Below are positions 46,341-58,210 of a stretch of 64,000 nucleotides of DNA, in pieces. Origin of the DNA: Candidatus Omnitrophota bacterium (GTDB taxonomy: Bacteria; Omnitrophota; Gorgyraeia; JAFGHF01); assembly GCA_020341815.1 (NCBI GenBank), contig CP070837.1, positions 1,368,195 through 1,432,194 on the forward strand, written 5' to 3'. The notes beneath the pieces are model-generated. The model was not told where the DNA came from, ran no database searches, and saw only the letters and a program-made list of their open reading frames with translations. The translations under genes and the position numbers were made by a program. The number at the start of each line of letters is the position of its first letter. Position 1 is the stretch's first letter.

Positions 46341-47000
46341 ATGAAAATATTTCTGGATACCGCCAATATCGAGCAGATAAAGGAAGCAGCGGAGTTAGGG
46401 GTGATTGACGGGGTGACCACCAACCCCACGCTGATCGCCCGCGAGAAAAGAAATTTTGTGGATCTGGTCAGGGAAATTTATGAAATTGTAGACGGCCCGA
46501 TAAGCGCGGAGGTTGTTTCACTTGAAGCCTCAGGCATGATTGATGAGGCCCAGAGATTAGCGAAGCTGGGTAAGAATATCGCCATCAAGATTCCCATGAC
46601 CGAAGAGGGTCTGAAGGCGGTTAAGGCATTGAGTTTCGAGGGGATTATGACCAATGTGACGCTTTGTTTTTCACCGGCGCAGGGGCTCCTGGCTGCCAAG
46701 GCCGGGGCTACTTTCTTAAGCCCTTTTATCGGGCGGCTGGACGATGTAAGCCATGAGGGAATGAATCTGGTGCGCACCATAAAACAGATTTACGCCAATT
46801 ACGGATATAAGACACAGATTATAGTTGCCAGCATCCGCCATCCCCTGCATGTTCTGGAGGCAGCCACTGCAGGCGCAGACATCGCTACCGTTCCTTTCGA
46901 TGTTTTGAAGAAGCTCTTAAAACACCCCTTGACGGATATCGGTATAGACAGATTTTTACAGGACTGGCAAAAACTAACGGATAAGGAAAAGGCCTTTTGA
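46341..47000 (+). CDS. transaldolase / fructose-6-phosphate aldolase (short Tal/FsaA type)
   Basis: [33 protein letters not shown] and the Schiff-base Lys region (IKIP). Confidence 0.8.
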   Translation: MKIFLDTANIEQIKEAAELGVIDGVTTNPTLIAREKRNFVDLVREIYEIVDGPISAEVVSLEASGMIDEAQRLAKLGKNIAIKIPMTEEGLKAVKALSFEGIMTNVTLCFSPAQGLLAAKAGATFLSPFIGRLDDVSHEGMNLVRTIKQIYANYGYKTQIIVASIRHPLHVLEAATAGADIATVPFDVLKKLLKHPLTDIGIDRFLQDWQKLTDKEKAF

Positions 47001-49165
47001 TGAGGCAGTTTTACCTGCCCAAAAATACGTTAGTCTTTATATTAATCTTTTTATTTTCCTCTTCGGGAGCCTGGGCCAAAGAGAAGGAATCTCCCATTAT
47101 CTGTAACGGAGATAAGGTGGAATTTCTGGAGGCGAAACAGGAATTGAGCGCCGAAGGAAATGTGCGGGTATTCTTTGAAGACGTCAGGATAACCTGCGAT
47201 AAGATTAAGATTTCCATGGCTACAAAGGAAGGAATAGCCGAGGGAAATGTCGTGTTATATCAGAAGGATTCCGTTTTGACGGGTAATAAGTGCGAATATA
47301 ATTTTGCTGATGCGACCGGCACGATATACAAAGCCGGCTTTGCCTCGCAACTGATACACGGCAAGGCCCCCAAGGCAGTAAAGGAAGGCCCTAATGAAGT
47401 TACTATGCGCAACAGCTATATGACCACCTGCGACTTTGACCGGCCGCATTATCGCATTCAGGCCAAGACTGCCAGGATATTTCTTGATGATAAGGTAGTG
47501 ATGAAGCACGTAGTTGTCTATTTAGCTAATTCCCCGATATTTTATTTACCATATTATAGTTATGATCTCCATCCGGACCGCCCCAGGGTAACTATCCTTC
47601 CCGGTAAAGACAAGGACTGGGGATATTATCTTTTGACTGCCTGGCGTTACGAGTTTAACCGCTACATCAAAGGCCTCTTGCATTTAGATTACCGCGAGAG
47701 AAAGGATTTTGCCAGCGGCTTCGATAACTATTATACGACTAAAGGTTATGGCGATGGTTTTGTGAAGACCTATTATATGAATGAGAGAACCCTGGAGAAG
47801 AAACACCACTGGAAGCAGCCGCGTATCAGCCATGAGCGGGAAAGATATATGATTCATAGTCGCCACAGCTGGGATATCGACGAAGATACAGATTTCAGGC
47901 TTGAATACTGGAACGTGAGCGATACGGATTTATTAAAAGATTATTTCTATCGAAATGACTACGAAAGAAACCCGGACCCGGAATCTTACTTTTCTCTGGT
48001 CAGGACCAGGGATAATTATGCGGCAAGCCTGGTGGGTAAAAGAAGGTTCAATAAGATTTTTAGGCGCGTAGAATATCAGCCGGAATTAAGATTTGACGTG
48101 CTGGACTTAAGGATAGGCCCAAAGGATTCGAAATATTATTGGAAATCGGAAAACTCTTTTGCCAATTTAAGCCTGAAAGAGGCCCACCCCAGCCATATAG
48201 ATGAAGATACCGTTAGAATCGACAGCTACAATCGGATATCCCGCGTTTCCAAGCTGGGCTTTTTGCATATCACCCCCTATGTGGGCGGGAGAGAGACTTA
48301 TTATACCAAGGATAGATACGGAGAGGGGGATTGGTTCCGCGGGGCCTTTTACACGGGCGTGGATGTAGAAACCAAGCTTTATAGAATATTCAATGTAAGT
48401 ACAGATATCTGGGGCCTGGATATAAATAACCTAAGGCACGTGATTACTCCCAGGGTAGGCTACGACTATGTCCATAGACCTACGCTGGCCTCGGCTAAGC
48501 TGGTACAGTTTGACGGCTTAGATAGTATTAGCACACTTAATCGCAGCACGCTTTCTTTAGAGAATAAATTGCAGACCAAAAGAAAAGGCAAGACTGAGGA
48601 TGGCGAAGAGATCTTTGAAGCTATGGATCTGGCGCGCTTTCTGGTTACTACACACTATGATTATCGTCTGGCCTCGGGAAGCAAGTTTTCCGATATCAAT
48701 TTTGATTTTGAGTTTACGCCTTTTAACTGGCTGGGCCTGGAGTTCGATACCAGCTACGACCATCTGGATGACAGATTCAAAACCTTCAATCTGGATATTT
48801 ATGCCGAGAAAAACGATAAATTGAAATGCGGCCTGGGCTATCGCTATGCGCATGAGAGCCACAGCGAAGGCACTTTTGAGATTTCCTTTAAGCCCACGCC
48901 GTTGTGGAAGCTGGGGATATATGAGCGCTTTATGTTCAAGGGTTATCCCTACACCCTGAAACAGATTAACAGGCTCAGGGAGCAGCAATACCGCATAGCG
49001 CGCGATTTGCATTGCTGGACTTCGGAAATTCTTTATACGATCTCGCGCGGTGAGGGCGAGAGCGTATATTTAGTCTTTCGCCTGAAGGCATTCCCGGAGA
49101 TGCCGGTGGAATTCGGCAAAAGTTATCACCGGCCTAAGGCATATTCTCAAGATCCGATAAGATAG
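46997..49165 (+). CDS. lptD: LPS-assembly protein LptD (OstA family) outer-membrane protein
   Basis: Signal peptide. N-terminal OstA-like beta-jellyroll (GDKVEF...AEGNVRV...AEGNVVLYQ). Large C-terminal barrel region. Confidence 0.7.
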   Translation: MMRQFYLPKNTLVFILIFLFSSSGAWAKEKESPIICNGDKVEFLEAKQELSAEGNVRVFFEDVRITCDKIKISMATKEGIAEGNVVLYQKDSVLTGNKCEYNFADATGTIYKAGFASQLIHGKAPKAVKEGPNEVTMRNSYMTTCDFDRPHYRIQAKTARIFLDDKVVMKHVVVYLANSPIFYLPYYSYDLHPDRPRVTILPGKDKDWGYYLLTAWRYEFNRYIKGLLHLDYRERKDFASGFDNYYTTKGYGDGFVKTYYMNERTLEKKHHWKQPRISHERERYMIHSRHSWDIDEDTDFRLEYWNVSDTDLLKDYFYRNDYERNPDPESYFSLVRTRDNYAASLVGKRRFNKIFRRVEYQPELRFDVLDLRIGPKDSKYYWKSENSFANLSLKEAHPSHIDEDTVRIDSYNRISRVSKLGFLHITPYVGGRETYYTKDRYGEGDWFRGAFYTGVDVETKLYRIFNVSTDIWGLDINNLRHVITPRVGYDYVHRPTLASAKLVQFDGLDSISTLNRSTLSLENKLQTKRKGKTEDGEEIFEAMDLARFLVTTHYDYRLASGSKFSDINFDFEFTPFNWLGLEFDTSYDHLDDRFKTFNLDIYAEKNDKLKCGLGYRYAHESHSEGTFEISFKPTPLWKLGIYERFMFKGYPYTLKQINRLREQQYRIARDLHCWTSEILYTISRGEGESVYLVFRLKAFPEMPVEFGKSYHRPKAYSQDPIR

Positions 49166-49175
49166 GAGAAAAGGG

Positions 49176-50468
49176 ATGGATATTTGCATCGTAGGAGCGG
49201 GCCATGTGGGTTTAGTTACCGGGGCTTGCTTTGCCGAGCTGGGAAATCAGGTCGTCTGCGTGGATAACGACAGCGCCAAGATTGCGGGCCTGAAGAAATC
49301 CATTATGCCCTTTTATGAGCCGGGATTGAAAGAGATGGTAGTGAAGAACGCCAAAGAAAAACGCCTTAGCTTTACTACCAGCCTGAAGGGGGCGGTCAAG
49401 AAATCCCTTATCATCTTTATCGCCGTGGGCACCCCGCCCAAAGAAAACGGCGAGGCCGATCTTACCGATATCGAGCGGGTAGCGCAGAATATCGCCCGTT
49501 TTATACCTTCTTACCGCCTGATAGTGGAGAAAAGCACCGTGCCTGTTGAGACCGGCAGGTGGGTTGAACATACTATCCGGGTTAATATTCGCGGCAGGAA
49601 AAAGTTTGATGTGGCCTCCAACCCCGAATTCTTAAGAGAAGGCGCGGGGATAGAAGACTTTATGCGTCCGGATAGAATCGTCCTGGGCGTAAAGAGCAAA
49701 CGGGCAAGGGATATCCTCACAGAGCTTTATAAACCTTTGCAGGCCCCGATAATAATAACCGATATCAAGAGCGCCGAGCTCATCAAGCACGCCTCCAATT
49801 CATTCCTGGCCACCAAAATATCTTTTATCAATGCCATTGCCAATATCTGCGAGAGCGTAGGGGCGGATGTAGCCAAGGTGGCCGAGGGGCTGGGCACGGA
49901 CCGGCGCATCGGCAATAAGTTTTTGAACGCCGGCTGCGGCTACGGCGGATTTTGCTTCCCTAAGGACATCGAGGCCTTTATCCGCATCGCCGAGAAAAAG
50001 GGTTATGATTTTCAGCTGCTTAAGGCCGTAAAAGAGATAAACGAAAGCCAGAAGAGCTTAATGCTCAAGAAGATAGAGGACGCCCTCTGGAATCTTAAAG
50101 ACAAGACTATAGGTGTCTTGGGCCTTTCTTTTAAACCGGGCACAGACGATTTACGCTTTGCCCCTTCCATCGATATTATCAGAAAGCTGCAATTGGAGGG
50201 AGCTAACATTTGCGCTTTTGACCCCCAGGCGATGAAGGGGGCGCGCAGTATTTTTAAAGACATCAAATTTTGCAATGACGTCTATGAGGCTGCCAGGGGT
50301 GCGGATTGTCTCCTCGTCCTTACCGAATGGAATGAGTTTAAGGAAATAGATTTTAAGAAAATCAAGAAGCTGCTTAAGCAGCCGGTGATTATCGACGGGC
50401 GTAACATATATGACCCCGAGAAGATGAAGAAGATGAGATTCAGGTATTTTGCGGTGGGGCGCAGTTGA
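49176..50468 (+). CDS. UDP-glucose/GDP-mannose 6-dehydrogenase family nucleotide-sugar dehydrogenase
   Basis: ICIVGAGHVGLVTGACFAELG Rossmann fold. Catalytic Cys region GYGGFCFPKD. Confidence 0.85.
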   Translation: MDICIVGAGHVGLVTGACFAELGNQVVCVDNDSAKIAGLKKSIMPFYEPGLKEMVVKNAKEKRLSFTTSLKGAVKKSLIIFIAVGTPPKENGEADLTDIERVAQNIARFIPSYRLIVEKSTVPVETGRWVEHTIRVNIRGRKKFDVASNPEFLREGAGIEDFMRPDRIVLGVKSKRARDILTELYKPLQAPIIITDIKSAELIKHASNSFLATKISFINAIANICESVGADVAKVAEGLGTDRRIGNKFLNAGCGYGGFCFPKDIEAFIRIAEKKGYDFQLLKAVKEINESQKSLMLKKIEDALWNLKDKTIGVLGLSFKPGTDDLRFAPSIDIIRKLQLEGANICAFDPQAMKGARSIFKDIKFCNDVYEAARGADCLLVLTEWNEFKEIDFKKIKKLLKQPVIIDGRNIYDPEKMKKMRFRYFAVGRS

Positions 50469-50470
50469 CG

Positions 50471-50926
50471 ATGATCGAGGGAGTCGAGCTTAAAAAATTA
50501 AAAGTCATTCCCGATGAGCGCGGCAGGCTGATGGAAATCCTAAGGGTCTCCCAGACCAAAATAGCCCCTCAGCAGGTCTATTTGACCACGGCATATGAAG
50601 GCGTGGTAAAGGATAAAGATAATTTTCATATGCATAAGAGCCAGACCGACTTTTTCTGCTGCGTCAAGGGTAAAATCAAGCTTGTCCTGGTCGATGCCAG
50701 AGACAGCAGTAAAACAAAAAATGAAGTTAACGAGTTTGAGATCGGCGAGGAGAATTTTTCTCTTGTGACTATACCTAAGGGAGTGCTGCACGCATTCAAA
50801 AGTTTAAAGGGCGAGGCCTTTATAATAAACTCTATCGACCATGAATATAATCATAAAGAGCCGGATGAGTTCCGGATTGAAAATAGATACTATGACTGGG
50901 ATACACTGAGGCCACTGAACAAATGA
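50471..50926 (+). CDS. cupin-fold sugar-nucleotide isomerase/epimerase-like protein (FdtA/WxcM C-terminal-domain-like)
   Basis: LKVIPDERGRLMEI ... HMHK ... IPKGVLHAF pattern. The track start is TTG; ATG at 50471. Confidence 0.45.
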   Translation: MIEGVELKKLKVIPDERGRLMEILRVSQTKIAPQQVYLTTAYEGVVKDKDNFHMHKSQTDFFCCVKGKIKLVLVDARDSSKTKNEVNEFEIGEENFSLVTIPKGVLHAFKSLKGEAFIINSIDHEYNHKEPDEFRIENRYYDWDTLRPLNK

Positions 50927-51006
50927 CACTGAGACCGTTGAATAAAAACTCAGTGACTTCAGTGGTTACTTTTCAGCGATTTCAGTGACAAGAAAGAGGC
51001 AGTAAA

Positions 51007-51738
51007 ATGAAAGGCATTGTCTTAGCCGGCGGCCTGGGCAAAAGATTAGGGCCGCTTACCAAAATCACTAACAAACATCTGCTTCCCATTTTTCACCAGC
51101 CGATGGTCTATTATCCTATTCAGACACTGGTGGAGGCGGGTATTCGTGATATCCTGGTGGTTACGGGAGGCAATCACGCCGGTGAGTTCTTAAGACTCTT
51201 AGGCAACGGAGAGCAGTTTGGCCTCAAGCACATCAATTACACCTATCAGGAAGGCGAAGGCGGCATTGCCGCAGCCCTGGGCCTCGCCGAGCATTTTGCC
51301 GAAGGACAAAAAATAGCGGTGATTTTGGGAGACAATATTATTGAGAAGTCCATCAAGTCTCACGTGGATAAGTTCAAGAACCAAAAAGAAGGCGCCAGAA
51401 TTATCATCAAAGAGGTGAAAGATCCGCATCGTTTCGGCGTGGTGGAATTGGAGGATGATAAAATCCTCTCCATAGAAGAAAAACCCAAAAAGCCAAAGAC
51501 AAATTACATCGTTACCGGAATCTATATGTATGACGCGCAGGTCTTCGATATCATCAAGACCTTAGAGCCTTCGGCCAGGAATGAGCTTGAGATTACCGAC
51601 GTAAACAACGCCTACCTGGGGCGCAACCAACTCCATTATGATATTCTTGATGGCTGGTGGACAGACGCCGGAGCGCATGAGTCGCTCCTGCGGGCAAACA
51701 ATCTGGTGGCGGAGAAGCTTCGTCGGGAAAAGAAATGA
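51007..51738 (+). CDS. sugar-phosphate nucleotidyltransferase (RmlA-like short form)
   Basis: MKGIVLAGGLGKRLGPLTKITNKHLLPI matches the G-x-G-T-R-L signature. Confidence 0.75.
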   Translation: MKGIVLAGGLGKRLGPLTKITNKHLLPIFHQPMVYYPIQTLVEAGIRDILVVTGGNHAGEFLRLLGNGEQFGLKHINYTYQEGEGGIAAALGLAEHFAEGQKIAVILGDNIIEKSIKSHVDKFKNQKEGARIIIKEVKDPHRFGVVELEDDKILSIEEKPKKPKTNYIVTGIYMYDAQVFDIIKTLEPSARNELEITDVNNAYLGRNQLHYDILDGWWTDAGAHESLLRANNLVAEKLRREKK

Positions 51739-51953
51739 ACCCCGCCCTTCCAAAGATTATGTCTTGCATAAGAGATATAGATGAAGTTGATAAAAAGAAG
51801 GACAAGGGTAAAGATTTAACATTGGGATAAGATGAAAGGAAGAGCGGGGTGAAAAAGATACTGGTTACAGGCGGGGCCGGGTTTACCCCGCCCCTCTTTA
51901 AATTGTGGCTTTGGTTAATTAAATATAGGTTGGTTGTTTAGGATAGCGATACA
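51736..51953 (+). repeat. polysaccharide-locus palindromic repeat copy 1 (CCCCGCCCTTCC...GGAAGAGCGGGG) plus a 5' gene remnant (GTGAAAAAGATACTGGTTACAGGCGGGGCCGGGTTT = VKKILVTGGAGF)
   Basis: Begins on the stop codon of the upstream gene. The core is about 85% identical to the copies at 55072 and 63880. It is followed by a truncated SDR N-terminus and then the intact rmlB-like gene. Confidence 0.6.
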
Positions 51954-52898
51954 ATGAGAAAGAAGCAGATATTAGTCACAGGAGGGGCGGGGTTTATCGG
52001 CTCCAATTTTATCCGATATATGCTGAATAAATACAGCAATTACCAGATTACCAATCTGGATAAGCTGACCTATGCCGGGCGCCGGGAGAACTTAAAGGAT
52101 ATAGAAGACAATCCCCGTTATAAATTTATTAAGGCTGATATCTGTGACGAGAAAGCGGTAAGAGCGGCCCTTAAGGGGTGCGACACAGTAATCAATTTTG
52201 CCGCCGAAAGCCACGTGGACCGCTCGATTAAAAATGCGCCCGTATTTATAAAGACCAATGTCTTCGGCACCCAGGTCCTTCTTGAGGCAGCAAGAGAGCA
52301 TGAGGTTTCGCTTTTCTGTCAAATTTCGACAGATGAGGTTTATGGCAGCGTCTCCGCAGGCGCCTTTAAGGAGACGGATGCGCTCAGGCCCTCAAGCCCG
52401 TATTCCGCAAGCAAGGCCGCAGCAGACGGCCTGGTGCATTCTTATTATGTTACATATAATTTACCCGTTATAATCGTTCGCTCCACTAATAACTTCGGCC
52501 AGTATCAATTTCCCGAGAAGATAATCCCGCTTTTTATTACCAATGCCTTGAAAGGAAAGACGCTTCCTGTTTACGGCGACGGGCGCAACGTGCGGGACTG
52601 GATATATGTATTGGATAATTGCGCGGCGATCGACTTTATCATACACAAGGGAAAAGCGGGTGAGATTTACAATGTGGCGGGGAATAACGAAGTGAAGAAT
52701 ATAGACTTGACCCGTCTGATTTTGAGGATTATGGGTAAGCCCGAGGACTTAATTGAGTTTGTCCAGGACCGCCCCGGCCATGACCGCCGCTATGCCCTGG
52801 ATACCACCAAGATAGAGAAGCTGGGTTTTAAACCTGAGCATAATTTTGAACAGGCGCTTACAACAACAATAGAATGGTACCGCGATAATCAACGATGA
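51954..52898 (+). CDS. rmlB: dTDP-glucose 4,6-dehydratase
   Basis: [14 protein letters not shown], catalytic YSASKAA. 3' end coupled to the rmlD-like gene. Confidence 0.8.
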   Translation: MRKKQILVTGGAGFIGSNFIRYMLNKYSNYQITNLDKLTYAGRRENLKDIEDNPRYKFIKADICDEKAVRAALKGCDTVINFAAESHVDRSIKNAPVFIKTNVFGTQVLLEAAREHEVSLFCQISTDEVYGSVSAGAFKETDALRPSSPYSASKAAADGLVHSYYVTYNLPVIIVRSTNNFGQYQFPEKIIPLFITNALKGKTLPVYGDGRNVRDWIYVLDNCAAIDFIIHKGKAGEIYNVAGNNEVKNIDLTRLILRIMGKPEDLIEFVQDRPGHDRRYALDTTKIEKLGFKPEHNFEQALTTTIEWYRDNQR

Positions 52899-53773
52899 AA
52901 ATACTTATTACAGGTTCAAGCGGAATGCTGGCAGCGGCACTTATCCGGCAGCTATCCGATAAATATGAAGTTGCGGGTTTGGATATTTCCAAAGTTCAAA
53001 ATACAAACTATAAACTTCAGAAATTTATTGAATGTGATATTACCGACGGCAAAAAGACGCTTGGAGCCATCAGTTCCTGCGGGGTGGATATAGTTATCCA
53101 TACTGCCGCCTATACGGATGTTGACGGTTGCGAAAAAAATCCTCAAGAAGCAGAGAAAGTAAACGCATTAGGCACAAAAAATGTTGCCCGGGCCGCTAAA
53201 GATTGCAATTGCCTGTTGATTTATATCAGCACAGACTTCGTATTTGACGGAGAAAAGAAGACGCCGTATACAGAAGAAGATAAGCCCCATCCGATTAATG
53301 CTTACGGCAAAGCAAAATTAGACGGAGAAAGGCTTGTCCAATCTATCTTGAAAGATTTTATTATCGTAAGGAGCAGCTGGTTGTTTGGCGCAGGCGGAAG
53401 GAATTTTGTAGATACTATTTTAAATAAGGCAAAAAGCGAAAAAAGAATAAAAGTTGTTAATGACCAATTCGGTTCTCCGACTTATGCTTTTGACTTAGCC
53501 ATGGCAATTAAGGCTTTGCTTCCGGCTTTTAAGCCATCAGGCGATATTTACCATATCACTAATTCCGGCAGTTGCTCCTGGTATGAGTTTGCCCGGGCAA
53601 TTAAAGAGATAGCCGGGCTTGATACAAACATACTTCCGGTCTCTGCAAGTGAATATAATTCTCCCGCCGCCCGCCCCAGGATGTCTATACTGGAGAATGG
53701 ACGCTATCGGGATAGAACCGGCGGGAATTTAAGGCCCTGGAGAGAGGCCTTGGGAGAGTATCTAAAGGGATGA
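52895..53773 (+). CDS. rmlD: dTDP-4-dehydrorhamnose reductase
   Basis: MKILITGSSGMLA ... YGKAK. RmlD-length SDR. Confidence 0.75.
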   Translation: MKILITGSSGMLAAALIRQLSDKYEVAGLDISKVQNTNYKLQKFIECDITDGKKTLGAISSCGVDIVIHTAAYTDVDGCEKNPQEAEKVNALGTKNVARAAKDCNCLLIYISTDFVFDGEKKTPYTEEDKPHPINAYGKAKLDGERLVQSILKDFIIVRSSWLFGAGGRNFVDTILNKAKSEKRIKVVNDQFGSPTYAFDLAMAIKALLPAFKPSGDIYHITNSGSCSWYEFARAIKEIAGLDTNILPVSASEYNSPAARPRMSILENGRYRDRTGGNLRPWREALGEYLKG

Positions 53774-55074
53774 TTGCAAAAAAATTGAAAGAAAAGATTG
53801 CGAATAGAAAGGCCAAAGTGGGAATAATCGGCCTGGGATATGTGGGCTTGCCTCTGGCGGTTTTGTTTGCCCAGAAAGGCTTTCCCGTATTCGGCATCGA
53901 TATAAATAAAAACAGAATAAAACGAATAAAGAAAGGATGCTCTTACATCCTGGATGTGCCTAATGAGGAGCTGAAACAGGCAATTTCCGATAAGAGGCTA
54001 AAGGTGAGCGAAGATTTTAGCGTAATCAGGAAATTGGATGCAGTTATTATTTGTGTGCCTACCCCTTTAAAGGATAAAAAAGAACCGGATATTTCTTATA
54101 TTGTCTCGGCGGTGGAAAATATTAAAAAGTTTATGAAGAAGGGTCAGATTATAGTCCTGGAGAGCACGACCTATCCCGGGACAACCGAGGAGGTTATTTT
54201 ACCAAGACTGGAGTCTGCGGGCTTCCGGGAAGGCAGGGATTTTTATCTGGCTTTTTCGCCGGAGAGGATTGACCCGGCCAACCCCAAATATAAGACAGAA
54301 AACACACCCAAGGTTATCGGGGGTATGTCGCCAAGATCTTCTCGAATAGCCAGGGAGTTGTATTCCCAGATAATCAATAAAGTTGTTTCCGCCTCCTCCT
54401 GCAAGGCGGCGGAGATGGCCAAGCTCCTGGAGAACACTTTTCGCATTGTCAATATCGGCCTGGTAAATGAAATTACGCTGATGTGCGATAAGATGGGCAT
54501 CGATATCTGGGAAGTTATTGACATTGCCAAGACCAAGCCTTACGGGTATATGCCTTTTTATCCCGGGCCCGGAGTGGGCGGGCACTGTATAGCGGTGGAT
54601 CCGATTTATCTTTCCTGGAAGGCGCGCGGCTTCGGTTTTGAGGCCCAATTTATCGAGCTGGCTTCGCACATCAATTCCCAGATGCCTCATTATGTGGTCG
54701 AGAGAATAACCCGCGCCCTTAACGAATATAAGAAGCCTGTTAAGGGAAGCAGGATTCTGATTGTCGGGGTGGCCTATAAAAAAGACGTCAAGGATTTAAG
54801 GGAATCTCCGGCCCTGGAGATTATTAACATATTGCAGAATGAGAAGGCCGTGGTATCGTATTATGACCCCCACCTGCCATATCTGAACATAGACGGCATA
54901 GACCTAAAAAGCGTGAAATTCACCGCTAAAAGTTTTAACGATAAGGATTGCGTGGTTATTGCAACGGATCACTCCGATGTGGATTACGATTTCGTTCTGA
55001 GGGAATCTCATCTGATAGTGGATACGCGCAATGTCTTTAAGAAGAGCGAAGCAAAAAAGGTGATAAAATTATGA
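53770..55074 (+). CDS. UDP-N-acetyl-D-hexosamine 6-dehydrogenase (WecC/WbpA family)
   Basis: VGIIGLGYVGLPLA and catalytic GGHCIAVDP. Confidence 0.8.
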   Translation: MIAKKLKEKIANRKAKVGIIGLGYVGLPLAVLFAQKGFPVFGIDINKNRIKRIKKGCSYILDVPNEELKQAISDKRLKVSEDFSVIRKLDAVIICVPTPLKDKKEPDISYIVSAVENIKKFMKKGQIIVLESTTYPGTTEEVILPRLESAGFREGRDFYLAFSPERIDPANPKYKTENTPKVIGGMSPRSSRIARELYSQIINKVVSASSCKAAEMAKLLENTFRIVNIGLVNEITLMCDKMGIDIWEVIDIAKTKPYGYMPFYPGPGVGGHCIAVDPIYLSWKARGFGFEAQFIELASHINSQMPHYVVERITRALNEYKKPVKGSRILIVGVAYKKDVKDLRESPALEIINILQNEKAVVSYYDPHLPYLNIDGIDLKSVKFTAKSFNDKDCVVIATDHSDVDYDFVLRESHLIVDTRNVFKKSEAKKVIKL

Positions 55075-55189
55075 GCCCCGCCCTTCTAAACACTATGTTT
55101 TGCATAGGAGATATGGGCGGGGTTAATTTAACCAAATTGAAATCTAGATTTAAACTTGACATTGCGAAGAAAGGAAGGGCGGGGTGAGC
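55072..55189 (+). repeat. polysaccharide-locus palindromic repeat copy 2
   Basis: TGAGCCCCGCCCTTCTAAACACTATGTTTTGCATAGGAGATATGGGCGGGG...GAAAGGAAGGGCGGGGTGAGCATG. Spans exactly from the upstream stop to the downstream start. Confidence 0.65.
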
Positions 55190-56137
55190 ATGTATCTTGT
55201 TACAGGCGGAGCCGGATTTATCGGCTCCAATATTGTTGAGGCCCTGCTGGAAAAAGGCGAACGGGTCAGAGTTATTGATAATTTCTTCTCGGGGAAGAGA
55301 AGGAACGTGGCTTCCTTCTTAGACAAAATAGAGCTGATTGAAGGGGATATCCGGGATTTGCCTCTTTTGAAAAAAGCGACAGAAGGCGTAGATTATATAT
55401 TACATCAAGCGGCCCTGCGCTCTGTCCCCAAGTCGCTGGGCGATCCCCTGGTGTATAACGAGGTAAATGTCGCCGGAACCTTAAATGTGCTCCTGGCTGC
55501 CAAAGAGGCCGGGGTAAAACGGGTGGTTTTCGCCTCTTCCAGTTCAATATATGGAGATGTAGAGGTTTTTCCGGAAAATGAAATGCAGTTTCCTTTTCCC
55601 ATTTCGCCTTATGCGGCCTCCAAACTGGGGGGAGAGCTCTATTGCGGCGTTTTTAGCAAGGTCTATAACCTGGAAACAGTTGTGCTGCGTTATTTTAATG
55701 TATTCGGGCCCAGGCAGGACCTGGAGAGCAAATATGCGGTGGTGGTGCCCAGGTTTATCATCAGCATGCTCAAAAACGAAGCTCCGCCTGTGCATGGCGA
55801 CGGAGAGCAGTCGCGCGATTTTACCTATGTCGATAATGTAGTTGAGGCAAATATTCTGGCCTCGCGTGCGCCCGGTGTAAGCGGTGAGATCTTCAACGTT
55901 GCCTGCGGAAGGGATTATGCGGTGCTGGATGTAGTTAAACACCTGAATAAAATAATGGGCACGGATTTAGAAGCAAAATTTATGCCTCCCAGGGCCGCAG
56001 ATATACGGCGGACTCTGGCCGATATTTCCAAGGCGCAAAAATTATTGAAATTTGAGGTGAAAGTCAATTTTGCAGAAGGGTTGAAAAAATCAGTAGATTG
56101 GTTTAAGGGGCATAAAGATGAATATACCGATACTTGA
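55190..56137 (+). CDS. NAD-dependent nucleotide-sugar epimerase (WbpP/CapD-like UDP-GlcNAc 4-epimerase family)
   Basis: [18 protein letters not shown] catalytic dyad. Confidence 0.75.
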   Translation: MYLVTGGAGFIGSNIVEALLEKGERVRVIDNFFSGKRRNVASFLDKIELIEGDIRDLPLLKKATEGVDYILHQAALRSVPKSLGDPLVYNEVNVAGTLNVLLAAKEAGVKRVVFASSSSIYGDVEVFPENEMQFPFPISPYAASKLGGELYCGVFSKVYNLETVVLRYFNVFGPRQDLESKYAVVVPRFIISMLKNEAPPVHGDGEQSRDFTYVDNVVEANILASRAPGVSGEIFNVACGRDYAVLDVVKHLNKIMGTDLEAKFMPPRAADIRRTLADISKAQKLLKFEVKVNFAEGLKKSVDWFKGHKDEYTDT

Positions 56138-57239
56138 TTTAAAAAGACAATTTCGCCAGATCAAGAGCGAAGTCGATAAAAATGTAAGAGAGGTTTTGGC
56201 CAGCGGCTCCTATATTTTGGGCAAAAATGTTTCTGCTTTTGAAGAAGAGTTTGCCGAATACTGCCGTGGTAAATACGCCATCGGGGTCGCCTCCGGCACC
56301 GATGCCTTAAAGATTGCCCTGCGCGCCTGCGGCATAGGAAAAGAGGACGAGGTAATTACGACACCCTTTACCTTTGTGGCCACCACCGAAGCCATTCACA
56401 GCGTCGGGGCTAGAATAGTCTTTGCCGATATCGATATGGATTCCTATACTATAGACCCCCAGGAGATAGAGAAAAAGATTACCAAGAAGACCAAGGCCAT
56501 AATCTGCGTCCATCTTTACGGCCAACCCTGCGATATGCGCACCCTGAGAGGCTTAAGCCGCAAATATAACCTGAAATTGATTGAAGACTGCGCCCAGGCC
56601 GCAGGCGCAGAGTATAAAGGTAAAAGAGTGGCTGTCTTCGGAGATGTTGGTTGTTTCAGTTTTTTCCCCAGCAAGAACCTGGGGGCTTTTGGCGACGGAG
56701 GGATAATAGTAACCAATAATAAACAAATCGCCGAGAATGCCCGGGTGTTCCGGGTTTACGGAAGCCGGAATAAATATGAGCATATTGTCCATGGCCTTAA
56801 CAGCCGCCTTGATGAACTGCAGGCAGCCATTCTGCGAGTAAAGCTTAGGTATCTGGATCAATGGAACGAGGCCCGCCGGAAGAATACCGCCTGTTATAAC
56901 AAGAAATTCTGCGCTCTGGAAGAAAGAGGGCTTGTTATTACCCCCAAAGAACAGAAAGGCACAAAGCACGTCTATCATCTTTATGTGCTTAGGGCAAAAC
57001 AGCGGGATGCCTTGATGGATTTTCTAAAAACACGGGGTGTGGGCACAGCTTACCATTATCCTATACCGCTGCATCTGCAGGAGGTTTATAAATGCATGGA
57101 ACATCAAGAAGGTGACTTTCCCAAGAGCGAACTTGCCGCCGGAGAAATCCTCAGCCTGCCTCTTTTTCCGGAATTAAAGAAAAAAGAGATAGATTATATC
57201 GCAGACTGCGTATATCAATTTTATAGAAATAGAAAATAG
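56118..57239 (+). CDS. DegT/DnrJ/EryC1/StrS family PLP-dependent sugar aminotransferase
   Basis: Family-typical N-terminus and Lys region ([16 protein letters not shown]). Confidence 0.8.
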   Translation: MNIPILDLKRQFRQIKSEVDKNVREVLASGSYILGKNVSAFEEEFAEYCRGKYAIGVASGTDALKIALRACGIGKEDEVITTPFTFVATTEAIHSVGARIVFADIDMDSYTIDPQEIEKKITKKTKAIICVHLYGQPCDMRTLRGLSRKYNLKLIEDCAQAAGAEYKGKRVAVFGDVGCFSFFPSKNLGAFGDGGIIVTNNKQIAENARVFRVYGSRNKYEHIVHGLNSRLDELQAAILRVKLRYLDQWNEARRKNTACYNKKFCALEERGLVITPKEQKGTKHVYHLYVLRAKQRDALMDFLKTRGVGTAYHYPIPLHLQEVYKCMEHQEGDFPKSELAAGEILSLPLFPELKKKEIDYIADCVYQFYRNRK

Positions 57240-57250
57240 AGAGAACGGCA

Positions 57251-58195
57251 ATGGAGATGAAGAGTGTCCTTATAACCGGAGGGGCGGGTTTTATCGGCTC
57301 TCATCTTTGTGAGAGATGGCTTGCGGGAGGCAATCAGGTTATCTGTATAGATAACCTGATTACCGGGAAAAAGGAGAACATCTCTCACCTTCTGGATAAT
57401 CCCGACTTTAAATTTATCCAGCAGGATGTCTCAAAATATATAGACATAGAAGGCCCTCTTGACTATATCCTTCATTTTGCCTCTCCCGCCAGCCCGATAG
57501 ACTACCGGCTTTACCCCATCCAGACCTTAAAAGTAGGTTCGCTCGGCACCCACAATACCCTGGGTTTAGCCAAGGCAAAAAAGGCAAGATATTTATTGGC
57601 CTCGACCTCCGAGGTTTACGGCGACCCTCTGGTCAACCCGCAGACAGAGGATTATTACGGCAACGTCAACTGCGTTGGCCCGCGCGGCGTTTACGACGAG
57701 GCTAAGCGTTTTGCCGAGGCCATTACCCTGGCTTATTACCGAACCCATAAATTAGATACCAAGATTGCCCGCATTTTCAATACCTTCGGCAAGAGGATGC
57801 GCAAAGATGACGGCCGGGCCGTGCCCAATTTTATTACCCAGGCCTTAGCGGGTAAGCCCTTGAGCGTCTATGGCGATGGCTCTCAGACGCGCAGTTTCTG
57901 CTACATCGATGACTTGGTTGAGGGCATTTATAAACTGATGCTTTCTCGCCTTAATGAGCCGGTCAATCTGGGTAATCCGGGTGAAATAACTATCCTTGCG
58001 CTGGCCGAGAAAATAATCAAGCTCACCCAAAGCAAAAGTAAAATTATTCACAACACCCTTCCCAAAGACGACCCCAAGCTAAGATGTCCGAATATTACCA
58101 AGGCAAAGCAATATCTTAACTGGGCCCCTCAAATAAATCTGGAAGAAGGTTTAATGAAAACAATAGAGTGGTTCAGGAGCAATTTTAAGCTATGA
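57251..58195 (+). CDS. UDP-glucuronate decarboxylase (UXS-type SDR)
   Basis: [20 protein letters not shown] catalytic pair. Length and motifs match the UXS subfamily. Confidence 0.75.
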   Translation: MEMKSVLITGGAGFIGSHLCERWLAGGNQVICIDNLITGKKENISHLLDNPDFKFIQQDVSKYIDIEGPLDYILHFASPASPIDYRLYPIQTLKVGSLGTHNTLGLAKAKKARYLLASTSEVYGDPLVNPQTEDYYGNVNCVGPRGVYDEAKRFAEAITLAYYRTHKLDTKIARIFNTFGKRMRKDDGRAVPNFITQALAGKPLSVYGDGSQTRSFCYIDDLVEGIYKLMLSRLNEPVNLGNPGEITILALAEKIIKLTQSKSKIIHNTLPKDDPKLRCPNITKAKQYLNWAPQINLEEGLMKTIEWFRSNFKL

Positions 58196-58210
58196 ACCCC
58201 CGGAATTGAG